Source: a virus
Lineage: Duplodnaviria > Caudoviricetes
Virus record (IMG/VR): IMGVR_UViG_3300032324_000938
Coordinates: 1-64,000 of that record
Length of the DNA stretch: 64,000 bases
Reading direction: 5' to 3' (one strand)
Shown in pieces: positions 1 to 9,228 of the stretch. Every line of letters starts with the position of its first letter. Within the stretch, counting starts at the first letter, position 1. The notes below the pieces were generated by a model. The model did not search any database. It worked only from the letters and a program-made list of their open reading frames with translations, and had not been told where the DNA came from. A program made the position numbers and the translations under genes.

Positions 1-71
1 AACTCATTGTCCTTCTGTGAAAGATTCGGCGTAATATTAAAACCACCCTCAAAATCAGTTGTATATCCCAT
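1..71 (-). CDS. Hypothetical phage protein, 5' part (MGYTTDFEGGFNITPNLSQKDNEF...), runs off the window
   Basis: ATG at 71 downstream of a TTGACT-16-TAAACT promoter; frame open to the window edge. Confidence 0.6.
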   Translation of the reverse strand, partial: MGYTTDFEGGFNITPNLSQKDNE

Positions 72-128
72 ATAGTCTTATTTTATTTACTCTTTTAGTT
101 TACCAGCTTTTTTTAAGAAGTCAACAAA

Positions 129-332
129 TTATTCCATGAAATCTACAGGATCGTAGTCCGGAACCTCATCCACAATACCCGCCTCATCTACCTCAAAACT
201 GGTTTCCAGATACTCACCATTGTCAGGCAGTGGCGCATCATAAGCCAAATTGATTGCTTCAACCATAGAGTCAGCCTGAACCTCAACATAACCATACATC
301 TGCCAAACCACGGGGATCTTGTAAGTCTTCAT
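129..332 (-). CDS. Hypothetical protein, 67 aa
   Basis: ORF with its own promoter 9 nt upstream. Confidence 0.8.
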   Translation of the reverse strand: MKTYKIPVVWQMYGYVEVQADSMVEAINLAYDAPLPDNGEYLETSFEVDEAGIVDEVPDYDPVDFME

Positions 333-341
333 CGTTTAAAT

Positions 342-369
342 AGATTATCAGCTTTTTAGAAAATGTCAA
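342..369 (-). promoter_or_regulatory. Sigma70-like early promoter (TTGACA-16-TAATCT, extended -10 TG)
   Basis: Hexamers read directly; ATG 9 nt after -10, no Shine-Dalgarno. Confidence 0.75.
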
Positions 370-376
370 CAGTTTT

Positions 377-559
377 TTACCAAAAGCGTTTGACCACAAT
401 CACTTCATCCAGATCCAGATCAACATATTGTTCAAACGGCACTTCACGTGTCACGATCAGGTCGTTCTCCAAATCATGCAGCTTGATGAAGTAACTGTTG
501 AAAATCCACCCCGATTTGATTTGTTTGCCAACCACTTTGCACTGTGTGCATTTTTTCAT
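377..559 (-). CDS. Hypothetical protein, 60 aa (CxxC near N-terminus)
   Basis: ORF with promoter 569-596. Confidence 0.75.
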   Translation of the reverse strand: MKKCTQCKVVGKQIKSGWIFNSYFIKLHDLENDLIVTREVPFEQYVDLDLDEVIVVKRFW

Positions 560-568
560 CGTTTAAAT

Positions 569-596
569 AGATTATCAGAGTTTTAAAGAAAGTCAA
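569..596 (-). promoter_or_regulatory. Sigma70-like early promoter (TTGACT-16-TAATCT)
   Basis: Shares TGATAATCTATTTAAACGATG with the promoter at 342-369. Confidence 0.75.
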
Positions 597-613
597 GGGG
601 TTTTTTTAACTAC

Positions 614-853
614 TTAATTGTTCTTGTTCTTAGGATACGAATGGGGCTTAAACAAATAATGACAAATCATATACAACCCAAACAACTGCCAATACCCAAT
701 AGGCTTAAACCCAAATACATCAGGTACAACCATATTATACACCCACATAACTATACCATTAGCAACCAACACACCAATAGTATATCCAACCAATTTACGT
801 AAGTTGATTGGACCAACCAACTTTCTAAGCAACTCACTCAAATCATCATTCAT
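614..853 (-). CDS. Small membrane protein, 79 aa
   Basis: Two hydrophobic segments. Confidence 0.7.
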   Translation of the reverse strand: MNDDLSELLRKLVGPINLRKLVGYTIGVLVANGIVMWVYNMVVPDVFGFKPIGYWQLFGLYMICHYLFKPHSYPKNKNN

Positions 854-875
854 ATTATTATATTATTTAATGTTA

Positions 876-1202
876 TTAGTTAACCGCCAAGTTCTTCTTA
901 ATCTCAATCATTTTTTCCTCCGGAATAAAACTAGCCACTTGCTTATGATAACGAGGCATCTTTTTGTAAAGAATACTCATTTGTTTAGGGCTAAGATTAC
1001 GTCCCTTGTTCACCTGTTCAGCAAAACTGGAAAGAATCTGACTATCAATTCCGTTGAATCCAACACCATTCAAATTGGAAGTCTGGCCGGTGGCCTGTTC
1101 ATCCAGAGTTTGAAGAGTGTAAACCTTGACCAAAGCCTTGACAGCCCAAGCTTGGTTGGTGGCCAGTTGATTCTTGATGTACTCAGCAACTTTCATTTTC
1201 AT
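876..1202 (-). CDS. Conserved-looking phage hypothetical protein (start MKMKVAEY)
   Basis: Start reassigned to the ATG after promoter 1212-1240. Confidence 0.8.
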   Translation of the reverse strand: MKMKVAEYIKNQLATNQAWAVKALVKVYTLQTLDEQATGQTSNLNGVGFNGIDSQILSSFAEQVNKGRNLSPKQMSILYKKMPRYHKQVASFIPEEKMIEIKKNLAVN

Positions 1203-1211
1203 CGTGAAAAT

Positions 1212-1240
1212 ACTATACCAGCCACCAACCCATCCGTCAA
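1212..1240 (-). promoter_or_regulatory. Sigma70-like promoter TTGACG-17-TATAGT
   Basis: Hexamers read directly. Confidence 0.8.
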
Positions 1241-1258
1241 AACTTTTTTTAACTTTTT

Positions 1259-1531
1259 TTAGAAATTTTTCACCGCCCATTCAAGATCATCAAAAATTTT
1301 ACTTTGATGCTTGAGTTTACAGTTGACTTCTGAATTAGAGTCAACCTTGATTTTGCCCTTGACAATATCAGTTGTAATATGGAAATGTCCATCTTCATCT
1401 GGTACCACTTCATAAACTAAAGCCTTATCTGGATTACCTTCTGTATCTAAAAGATCATACAAGTGACGATTAGTTTCTGCGGTCAGAATACTAATAGTTC
1501 CATCAGGCCATTTAACAAGAAACGTATTCAT
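1259..1531 (-). CDS. Hypothetical protein, 90 aa
   Basis: ORF track. Confidence 0.75.
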   Translation of the reverse strand: MNTFLVKWPDGTISILTAETNRHLYDLLDTEGNPDKALVYEVVPDEDGHFHITTDIVKGKIKVDSNSEVNCKLKHQSKIFDDLEWAVKNF

Positions 1532-1584
1532 AATATATTAATTTTTTAGGGTTTTAAAGGATCACCCCCAAACCTTTTTTGTTT

Positions 1585-2310
1585 TTAATAAGCCAACTGA
1601 GCAACAGCCTTACTAGCACCAATTCCACCCTTAGCAATGTTACAATTAATACCGTCAGTCATACCACGGGAATAACTGTTGTTATTCATACTAATACGCT
1701 TAGTAGCACCACTACGGAGATTAGTAAACTCATTGTCAATAAAGGTCTGAATCTTCTTTTCCAGATTCACAACAGCAACAGAATACTTGTTCTTCTGTTC
1801 CACTGTCTTCAACTTATCATTCTCAACACTCTTCTTATTAGACTCCATCTTAGTGACAAGTCCATTGTAAAAACCAAACAGATAACTCTGCTTGTGCTTA
1901 ATGTTAACAGTGTAACTATTGGCCTTGTAATAGTTATGCCAACAACGGACCATAGTGTCACTCAACCAAGTATAAACATACTTGGCGGTATTGATATCAC
2001 TCTGCTTACCAATAAAGATAAGCTTACGTCCACCATAACGTCCACCACTAGTGATAATACGAACATTAAAGAACTTGGTCAAAACGTTACTAATATACAC
2101 ATTCACCGTGGGAAGACGTTGACCAAACTCCATGTTTTCACGAACAATGGCTTCTTCATCTTCATTGGAACCAATCAGAGCCAGGTCAATACCATTCTCA
2201 ATGGCAAGAGCCTGGGCCTTGGAAAGAGCAGCTTCAGCTTCTTGTTGGCTGGGGTTGTTACCGGCCAGAGCAAGGAGTTTCTTGAGTTTCTGAATCAATG
2301 CGTCATTCAT
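1585..2310 (-). CDS. DUF2786-domain protein
   Basis: N-terminal LIQKLKKLLALAGNNPSQQEAEAALSKAQAL motif; promoter TTGACG-17-TATCTT at 2320-2348. Confidence 0.75.
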   Translation of the reverse strand: MNDALIQKLKKLLALAGNNPSQQEAEAALSKAQALAIENGIDLALIGSNEDEEAIVRENMEFGQRLPTVNVYISNVLTKFFNVRIITSGGRYGGRKLIFIGKQSDINTAKYVYTWLSDTMVRCWHNYYKANSYTVNIKHKQSYLFGFYNGLVTKMESNKKSVENDKLKTVEQKNKYSVAVVNLEKKIQTFIDNEFTNLRSGATKRISMNNNSYSRGMTDGINCNIAKGGIGASKAVAQLAY

Positions 2311-2377
2311 TGTGAAAATAAGATACACTAGGTTTAGGTTACCGTCAAGCCTTTGATCAAACTTTTTTTAAAAATTT

Positions 2378-2620
2378 TTAACCCTCATCTTCCATGGATT
2401 CAAAGACAACATTCTGACACGGCTCACACATGGAACTAATATTCCACTCACGGGCAGCACGGTCACAGGAAAAAGATTCTGCACGTTTACCGCAGACCAC
2501 ACACTGCTTTCCAGCTTGAGCCAGTGCAAAACTACGTCCAAACATCATCATTGCCATTTCTTCCTTGAAGTCATTAACACCAAATGAAGCGCTGTTAACG
2601 TTATTGTATTTAATGCTCAT
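2378..2620 (-). CDS. Hypothetical protein with CxxC...CxxC (putative Zn finger)
   Basis: CVVC and CEPC motifs. Confidence 0.7.
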   Translation of the reverse strand: MSIKYNNVNSASFGVNDFKEEMAMMMFGRSFALAQAGKQCVVCGKRAESFSCDRAAREWNISSMCEPCQNVVFESMEDEG

Positions 2621-2635
2621 ATAGATAATTTATTG

Positions 2636-2869
2636 TTAGTTTCTGATAATACCCACAGTCTTATGTTTGTGTTTAAAATATGCAATATTCTTATCACTAT
2701 TCCAACCAGTATAACTAAAGTCAAGTTGATTGACTTCAATTACCTTGTTTACAAGCTTTTTAACATCATCCCAGCCGTGCGGAACTTGGATTTCGATGTA
2801 AAGGTCACCTTCGATGGAGATGGGTTTGGTGACGGTCACTTTATTTACTGAAATACGTCCTTCACTCAT
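2636..2869 (-). CDS. Hypothetical protein (start MSEGRISV)
   Basis: Promoter TTGACG-17-TATCTT at 2877-2905. Confidence 0.7.
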   Translation of the reverse strand: MSEGRISVNKVTVTKPISIEGDLYIEIQVPHGWDDVKKLVNKVIEVNQLDFSYTGWNSDKNIAYFKHKHKTVGIIRN

Positions 2870-2891
2870 TGAAACTAAGATACAGGAGGAA

Positions 2892-3014
2892 TCAGTTACC
2901 GTCAAACTTTTTTTGAAACTTTTCTTTGCGGTTGTAGACCTTTTTGGAGTTAATTTTGCGAGTGACAGGGTTCAGTTCTCCCCAGAATTTGCGGACTTTG
3001 ATGGTAGTTTTCAT
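2892..3014 (-). CDS. Small basic protein, 40 aa (MKTTIKVRKFWGELNPVTRKINSKKVYNRK...)
   Basis: Manual translation; upstream TTGACT...TAAATT promoter. Confidence 0.6.
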   Translation of the reverse strand: MKTTIKVRKFWGELNPVTRKINSKKVYNRKEKFQKKFDGN

Positions 3015-3113
3015 ACATCTTCAATAAATTTACCATAGGTTTAAAAAAAGTCAACGGGTTTTTTCACTTATTTTTACCCAGGTTAAATAAATATATTGTA
3101 TATTTATAACAAT

Positions 3114-4586
3114 ATGACATTGTTTGAACACATTTTAATTGAAGGTAGAGTGGATGATTTTAAGAAAATGCTAAGCCAACGGTTTAGTATTGATTATGTT
3201 CAAAAGATTATCAATAGAGATACCAGCAAAAACCACAAGAATTTGTTGTGGATAGGTAAGATACTAAAAACAGAACCAGATATCAATGATGAAGACTTGT
3301 TTAAAAATCTGGAAATATTCAACAAAGTAGCATCATCCACTGATTTATATAGTTTTAGAGATTACGGTACATTTTTGAATTTCTTACAAAAGAAGAGTAA
3401 AGAAGTACAAATGGGTAAGATGGCTCAAATTAAAGCTGGTTCACATACAATTAAAGATGATAAAAGATGGTTGGTAGTTGCACCACAAACACATGATGCA
3501 AGTAGATATTTTGGTGGTGGTACCAGTTGGTGTATCAGTACAAGCAATGATAGATACTGGAAAGATTATTATTACGCACAAACCATAGTAATGATTAAAG
3601 ATAGAAGTAAGAAACCAGATAATGACTTGTTCAAAGTTGCAATTGTTGGTAATGCACATGAACAATTTTGGGATATTGATCAACAAGATGATAAATTAAA
3701 TAAAATTAGAGAATTAGTAAAACATGTAGATTTATATAATGTCAATGACAATAGATTAAGTGGTGACCAAAAAATTAATTATTTAGGACAATTACCAGAA
3801 GATTTAATTGATGACTTGATGAATTATTTTAATGATGATGATGCCTATGAAAGACGATACAATCATTATTATGAACTTGCAAGAGAAAGATATGATGAAG
3901 GTGGTAAAGAAGAACTTTTGAAATCATTGTTTAATACTACGGTAGCGTATTTTGATGCGGATGTTGATTTTCATGCAGATGATTTTGGTGATTTAATGAG
4001 CAGACAATTTGCAGATGAAATTCAAGACGGTAATTGGGATGAATTTTTAAGTGAACTATGGGGTGCGTGTATAACTAATCAAGGTGTAGAGGATGATTCT
4101 TTTTATGCTGAAGTAAATACAAGAAATTTCAAAAACTTGATAAGTGATACCAGTTATGATTTACAAACATATCTTGATTTAGCCAAAGAAGTATTGAAAA
4201 ATGAGGATATATCAAATATGGATGACATCATAAAAGATGCGTTGATTAAAACATCTGACAATGGTGATCCATATACTGTAATTAAAAGACAAGCAAATCA
4301 ATTAAAAGATACAAATTATAATGATATAATATTATCCTCATTAAATGCATATAATGTTAAAAATAATCCTACTTTTATTCAAGGTCAGAGATCTTTGGGA
4401 CCAGAATTTATGGGTATTGTAAATAAATTTAAACCAAAGAACATTGAGGATGTAATTAAAGTATTGAGTATTAATCCTAGAGCAAAGGATATGATTGATC
4501 AGATACAAAGATACAGAAGAGATTTGTATGAATCCAAGAAAAAGCGGTCAATTAAATATAGAGATTTTTACAAATTTAAAGGTTGA
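3114..4586 (+). CDS. Large hypothetical protein with a P-x-T-H-x-A-S-R-Y...W-C domain and N-terminal ...LIE motif
   Basis: Domain shared with 17892-18623; TATTTAT motif at 3101. Confidence 0.85.
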   Translation: MTLFEHILIEGRVDDFKKMLSQRFSIDYVQKIINRDTSKNHKNLLWIGKILKTEPDINDEDLFKNLEIFNKVASSTDLYSFRDYGTFLNFLQKKSKEVQMGKMAQIKAGSHTIKDDKRWLVVAPQTHDASRYFGGGTSWCISTSNDRYWKDYYYAQTIVMIKDRSKKPDNDLFKVAIVGNAHEQFWDIDQQDDKLNKIRELVKHVDLYNVNDNRLSGDQKINYLGQLPEDLIDDLMNYFNDDDAYERRYNHYYELARERYDEGGKEELLKSLFNTTVAYFDADVDFHADDFGDLMSRQFADEIQDGNWDEFLSELWGACITNQGVEDDSFYAEVNTRNFKNLISDTSYDLQTYLDLAKEVLKNEDISNMDDIIKDALIKTSDNGDPYTVIKRQANQLKDTNYNDIILSSLNAYNVKNNPTFIQGQRSLGPEFMGIVNKFKPKNIEDVIKVLSINPRAKDMIDQIQRYRRDLYESKKKRSIKYRDFYKFKG

Positions 4587-4617
4587 CTTTTAGAATAACC
4601 TGCGGTACATTGTGTAA

Positions 4618-4830
4618 ATGATCAACAATAATGAATTGTTTGCTAAGGTACTGGCTGAAAATCCTCTTCCTTACCGTTTTGGTGACAAGGTAAACACTAA
4701 CCGTGGTATTGGTTATATCAGTGGTTATAACTTCAAAGACCGTGAAAAGACTTGGAAGTTTACTATTCGTCCACATGGATTAACTAATTATTATATTGAT
4801 GTTGAAACCGTATATGGAAAGGTAGAATAA
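4618..4830 (+). CDS. Hypothetical protein, 70 aa
   Basis: ORF track. Confidence 0.7.
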   Translation: MINNNELFAKVLAENPLPYRFGDKVNTNRGIGYISGYNFKDREKTWKFTIRPHGLTNYYIDVETVYGKVE

Positions 4831-4833
4831 GTT

Positions 4834-4995
4834 ATGGAATTTGAAAGTAATACAGATATTCTAAGAGATTTAATGGATCAACTACATACACTACACAAAG
4901 AAAATGCTAGGTTGCTTCAGAAAATTGAAGATTTAGAAAAACACAATGAAGAATTGAACCGTAAGTTAAAGAGCATTCAAGCATTATTTCTATGA
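4834..4995 (+). CDS. Coiled-coil protein, 53 aa (MEFESNTDILRDLMDQL...)
   Basis: Manual translation. Confidence 0.65.
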   Translation: MEFESNTDILRDLMDQLHTLHKENARLLQKIEDLEKHNEELNRKLKSIQALFL

Positions 4996-5039
4996 AAATT
5001 GTTGACTTTTTCTAATCTGTGTGGTATCTTGATTTCAAG

Positions 5040-5225
5040 ATGAAACATGAAGGTAAGGTGATTGAACCCCGTGACATTGTTAAGGCCAATGCTGAGATTT
5101 ACCGTAACAATGAGTTGATCCGCATGGAAAAAGAAAACTATAACCGATGGCTTGCTGTTCATGTGGATGAAAATACCAAGAAAAACCATCCTGACAAGAA
5201 TGACTTTTTTAATTATGAAAACTGA
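5040..5225 (+). CDS. Hypothetical protein (MKHEGKVIEP...)
   Basis: TTGACT-17-TATCTT promoter upstream. Confidence 0.65.
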   Translation: MKHEGKVIEPRDIVKANAEIYRNNELIRMEKENYNRWLAVHVDENTKKNHPDKNDFFNYEN

Positions 5226-5397
5226 TTTTGTACCGTTTTTGGTTTCTGATATTGAAAACACTGTGGATAACTCATTTGTTCCAATTAGTGATGTATATCC
5301 AAATGTTGAGTTTGAGTCATGGAACAAAGAAAATTGGGAGGAAATGAAGACTAAAAATGCTAAAAAGAGTGTTGATAGTTTCAAACCTCTGTGGTAG
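5215..5397 (+). CDS. Hypothetical protein (MKTDFVPFL...)
   Basis: ORF overlapping the upstream stop. Confidence 0.55.
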   Translation: MKTDFVPFLVSDIENTVDNSFVPISDVYPNVEFESWNKENWEEMKTKNAKKSVDSFKPLW

Positions 5398-5410
5398 TAT
5401 ATAGATCAAT

Positions 5411-5599
5411 ATGAATACAATTAAAAATAAAGATGGTAAAGTATTAGGGTTTGTTCGTGAGGTTGGCAAAGAAACAATTGTTAATAATGCAAGTGGTAAG
5501 ATTGTTGGAATTTATAATTCTGCAAGTAACCTTACCAAGGATGGTAATCTGAAGATTGTTTCAACATCAAATACGGCAGTTAGTCAGTTGTTCCGTTAA
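5411..5599 (+). CDS. Hypothetical protein, 62 aa, beta-hairpin repeats
   Basis: Repeated N-x-x-G-K-[IV]-[LV]-G units. Confidence 0.7.
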   Translation: MNTIKNKDGKVLGFVREVGKETIVNNASGKIVGIYNSASNLTKDGNLKIVSTSNTAVSQLFR

Positions 5600-5616
5600 A
5601 TTAAAATGTTACAACT

Positions 5617-5997
5617 TTAACTTTGCCATGGTAATGGCAATTGTTGTTCAACGGGATTTACTTGATTGTTGATGTCACTGGTGATTTTTGATTGCCATGC
5701 ATCTACAACGCCTGGATTTACAGATAATTCAATCCATCCCACTACTTGTGAGTTGGTTAATTGATCATATGGTACAAATGGAGAAGTACCTTGGTATGTT
5801 ACATCCACATCACTGCTTATTTGTGATGTGAATTTTTTTTGAATTGTAAGAGGTTGTTTTGTGATAGGATCTTGTGATTGTACATCTACTGTTTCTGATC
5901 CTATATAATTAAAGTAAACTTTAAACACCACATCTTTTTCACTGTCATATTGTGGATAACTTAACATGGAGGTTACAACATATTCAAATGTAATCAT
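5617..5997 (-). CDS. Conserved-looking phage protein (DUF7936-like, tentative)
   Basis: F-V-P-Y-D-Q-L-T...V-V-G-W motif. Confidence 0.6.
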   Translation of the reverse strand: MITFEYVVTSMLSYPQYDSEKDVVFKVYFNYIGSETVDVQSQDPITKQPLTIQKKFTSQISSDVDVTYQGTSPFVPYDQLTNSQVVGWIELSVNPGVVDAWQSKITSDINNQVNPVEQQLPLPWQS

Positions 5998-6016
5998 AGT
6001 GTATATAAATATATAA

Positions 6017-7165
6017 TTACTTATTCATCAATTCATTTAAATGTATCAATGCTTGGTTCACTGATTTATCCCACGTAAATTCTTTTCTTATAAGTTCAGA
6101 TTCTATCATTGCTTTTTGTTTATACACTGAATAGTTTTCATAAACATCTATCATTTTAGACTCAAGATCTTCAAAATCAGGTTCATACCAAAAACCAGGA
6201 GTATTATTGCAATTATAATTTGATGCTGGTATTTCATCTTTAATTTTAATTGGTATACCTTTCCCCAAAGCAAATTCCAATTGACCACTACATGAAGAAT
6301 ATATTGCGGGAGTTCCACAAGCCATTGACTCCATCAATGGAATATTCCATCCTTCTCCTCTTGCACAACTTAAAAACACATTTCCTTTTTGTATGTAATC
6401 TAAGTACTCAGATCTAGGCAAGTTGTGTACCAATTTTATATTGTTACAACATACATTATATTTAACCATTCTCTCCTGCGCAGATCTACATCCATCATAA
6501 AAAAAACAATTTTCAGCATTCAACACAAGTTCTACTTGTTTATTGTTACCGTATATTTTTTTAAAGGTTCTTAATATTTCAGATGTTGACTTTCTATCAG
6601 ACCAACCACCAAACACTATAAATCTAAATATACCATCATCATATGCAGCTCTTTTGGGTTTGTATAAATCATCTATTGCTTCTCTAACAATCTTGACCTT
6701 TTGTTTTGGTATACCTTGTTTAATTGTTAATTTAGCCTGCCAATCTGTTGGCACCCATATTTGATCATATTCATGAAGTTTATATAAAAAATCAAGTGGA
6801 TATTCAGAATTTTCCCAAACTGTGTATGCAATTTTCTTGCCATCATAGTGATCATAAAAATAACGGTGATTTACATTATTAAGTACTATGTGTATATCTG
6901 GTATAAATTGTTCATCATATGAATACAATGGTATATCTACGTAATTTAAACCATTAAATACTGTTTGTAAATAAAACATTTTTTTATCCACATCATTTAC
7001 ATCTACACCATGTGGATCTAACATATTCATGTTATTCCAATTGGAAGATACTGTAAAATTTCTTAGTTTAACCTCCACCTTTTCACTCAATTTTCTAAAA
7101 AATCCTTGTGAATGTGCATTATATCCAGTTGAACCAACGTGACTGCTATGTGCTAATACTTTCAT
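6017..7165 (-). CDS. Glycosyltransferase, GT-B fold (GT4-like)
   Basis: RKSTSEIL and RGEGWNIPLMESMACGTPAI motifs. Confidence 0.85.
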   Translation of the reverse strand: MKVLAHSSHVGSTGYNAHSQGFFRKLSEKVEVKLRNFTVSSNWNNMNMLDPHGVDVNDVDKKMFYLQTVFNGLNYVDIPLYSYDEQFIPDIHIVLNNVNHRYFYDHYDGKKIAYTVWENSEYPLDFLYKLHEYDQIWVPTDWQAKLTIKQGIPKQKVKIVREAIDDLYKPKRAAYDDGIFRFIVFGGWSDRKSTSEILRTFKKIYGNNKQVELVLNAENCFFYDGCRSAQERMVKYNVCCNNIKLVHNLPRSEYLDYIQKGNVFLSCARGEGWNIPLMESMACGTPAIYSSCSGQLEFALGKGIPIKIKDEIPASNYNCNNTPGFWYEPDFEDLESKMIDVYENYSVYKQKAMIESELIRKEFTWDKSVNQALIHLNELMNK

Positions 7166-7177
7166 ATATACAAAATA

Positions 7178-7208
7178 AAACCCCACTAATATAGTATCAG
7201 TGGGGTTT
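7178..7208 (-). terminator. Intrinsic terminator
   Basis: AAACCCCACT/AGTGGGGTTT stem with U-run on the minus strand. Confidence 0.7.
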
Positions 7209-7231
7209 ACTTACAATTTATTTTAAATGTT

Positions 7232-7636
7232 TTAACCAACTTCTTCTTCACCAGCTGGTAATTGATCACTATCCATATCTTGAGCAACTGGTTGAACAGC
7301 ACCACCTTCAGTATCATTGGATGTAGCCAATTGAGCCATCAATAAATCATGAATTTTTTGTGCAGTTTCACGGTCCAAAGTCAATTTAATTTCTTGTGTC
7401 TTTTCTTCACCACCGTCTGTTGAATCACCTTCTTGTTCTTTAACAGTGTTTTTCTTTTTCTTTCCAGCAGTGTCTTTGTGAATCTTTTGCATAGTTGCAT
7501 ATGCTTTATCAGCTTCACCTGGATATTGTTTTAGAATTTGTTTTTTTAATTCTGGGTCAAAGCCTTTAGGTGTTTTTTCATTTAAAACTTCCTTGATGGC
7601 TTCATTGATAAGTGTTTTTAATTGTTGTCTATTCAT
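7232..7636 (-). CDS. Hypothetical protein with N-terminal LKTLINEAIKEVLNE motif
   Basis: ORF; TATTTAT motif at 7646-7652. Confidence 0.75.
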   Translation of the reverse strand: MNRQQLKTLINEAIKEVLNEKTPKGFDPELKKQILKQYPGEADKAYATMQKIHKDTAGKKKKNTVKEQEGDSTDGGEEKTQEIKLTLDRETAQKIHDLLMAQLATSNDTEGGAVQPVAQDMDSDQLPAGEEEVG

Positions 7637-7688
7637 AGGTACTTTATAAATATAAATCACTTACATTTAAATTCAAATAAATGATTAA

Positions 7689-7841
7689 TTAACTTCCTAA
7701 AGAACCACTATTGTTGCTTGTGATGCTTACATCATAAGCAGGTTGTGCAACTAATTGATTATTAATTATTACTTGATCCCAGCTAGGTACATTAATTAAT
7801 ACTTTCTTACCTTTTTTATCTTTTCCAACGATTCTTCTCAT
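7689..7841 (-). CDS. Hypothetical protein, 50 aa
   Basis: Manual translation MRRIVGKDKKG... Confidence 0.5.
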   Translation of the reverse strand: MRRIVGKDKKGKKVLINVPSWDQVIINNQLVAQPAYDVSITSNNSGSLGS

Positions 7842-7864
7842 ATACAATAAATAGTAATCAAATT

Positions 7865-8410
7865 TTATTTAGGTTGAACATTTGGCAAACAATATGTCTC
7901 TTTACATTGCATAAATTTGACGGGACTTGTTCTCAATAATGTACCAAACAACCAATCCGCAAATGGAAGAACTACGTTATAGTTCTTATTCATATATCTA
8001 TGGTGTAACAAATGATGTCCATTTAACTTTCTATACCACCATACATATTCAATACTTCTTCTATTAGGTAAATGCATATACCAATGTATTGTTTCATATA
8101 CACCATAATAACACATAGAGACAAGAAAAGTTAATATAAACAATTTATAACCAAAAAGAAACATAGGTAAACCAGCTAATATTGAAATTAAAGGTCCATT
8201 CCATATTGCCATCGGAATTTTTTTACCGTCATCACCCTCTTGAGCGTGATATGTCTCATCATATTTATAAATACTATGATGTACTTTAGTATGCGCATTA
8301 TATGCATATGTAAACCCAAACGGTGGTTTATGCATAACAAACCTATGCAATGACCATTCACAGATTGAACACCAAAGAATAAGCAGCGGTATAATTAATA
8401 ATAATATCAT
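7865..8410 (-). CDS. Fatty-acid hydroxylase / sterol desaturase superfamily protein
   Basis: Membrane helices and four His boxes (HRFVMH, HTKVHH, HWYMH, HHLLHH). Confidence 0.85.
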   Translation of the reverse strand: MILLLIIPLLILWCSICEWSLHRFVMHKPPFGFTYAYNAHTKVHHSIYKYDETYHAQEGDDGKKIPMAIWNGPLISILAGLPMFLFGYKLFILTFLVSMCYYGVYETIHWYMHLPNRRSIEYVWWYRKLNGHHLLHHRYMNKNYNVVLPFADWLFGTLLRTSPVKFMQCKETYCLPNVQPK

Positions 8411-8445
8411 CTGTATAAATATCAGACAATATTATATTAAACAAA

Positions 8446-8468
8446 AACCACAGTTAAATACTGTGGTT
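8446..8468 (-). terminator. Intrinsic terminator
   Basis: AACCACAG/CTGTGGTT stem. Confidence 0.6.
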
Positions 8469-8487
8469 AGTTTCTCAAGCAATTCTA

Positions 8488-8643
8488 TTAATAACTATCA
8501 TCTACTGAGTTCTCATACTGATGCGCTTTGCCATTTTTCCAATCAATCTCTTGATTGAACTTTTTAGCCTTGTGCTTTGGCTTATTTTTGTTGCGGTTCT
8601 TGTTGCTCCACTTATCAGTACGCTCTTTATAGCTCTTTCCCAT
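8488..8643 (-). CDS. Small basic protein, 51 aa
   Basis: Manual translation MGKSYKERTDKW... Confidence 0.55.
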   Translation of the reverse strand: MGKSYKERTDKWSNKNRNKNKPKHKAKKFNQEIDWKNGKAHQYENSVDDSY

Positions 8644-8721
8644 ATTGCTTATTATTTTATATTATTTTAAATTGCTTGTTGCGCTTTATAACTAGTTTAT
8701 TATAAATTATATGCTATTATT

Positions 8722-8889
8722 TTAATTAGAGAAAATATCTACAGAAATAATAGCTGGCCTAATACTCTTAGACACATCATACTTATAAATAGTGTCAGCA
8801 ACTTCTTTAATTGCTTGTTTATACATACTCACTGTCTTCAAACGTTGTTGCATTTCAATTAGTTCTAGTAGTTTCTTTGTATCCTTCAT
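8722..8889 (-). CDS. Hypothetical protein
   Basis: ORF track, start trimmed to MKDTKK. Confidence 0.6.
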   Translation of the reverse strand: MKDTKKLLELIEMQQRLKTVSMYKQAIKEVADTIYKYDVSKSIRPAIISVDIFSN

Positions 8890-8932
8890 TGCTTTTAAAT
8901 ATATCAAATTATAGGTAAAACGTCAATATTTT

Positions 8933-9202
8933 TCACACCGCAAACTTATTCATAAGAGGATGATATTCCACCTTACGGCGGTTGTAACTCTTCTTAATCA
9001 CTGAAATAGGTTCACACACAAACAGTTCATTGTTAAACTTAACCAACACATTGTTGAACCGTTCCACAAACAACAAGTGTTCAATATTCACTTTGATATC
9101 ATCCTTGTTCTCAATGTTAATAACCTCATTGTTATTTTCCAAAATATTGGTAAGAACATTACGGTTAGTATTGAAACGGACAGGAATCAGATGGGTAGTC
9201 AT
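8933..9202 (-). CDS. Hypothetical protein, 89 aa
   Basis: ORF track. Confidence 0.7.
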   Translation of the reverse strand: MTTHLIPVRFNTNRNVLTNILENNNEVINIENKDDIKVNIEHLLFVERFNNVLVKFNNELFVCEPISVIKKSYNRRKVEYHPLMNKFAV

Positions 9203-9228
9203 AAATATAAGTTATTTTAAATGATGTC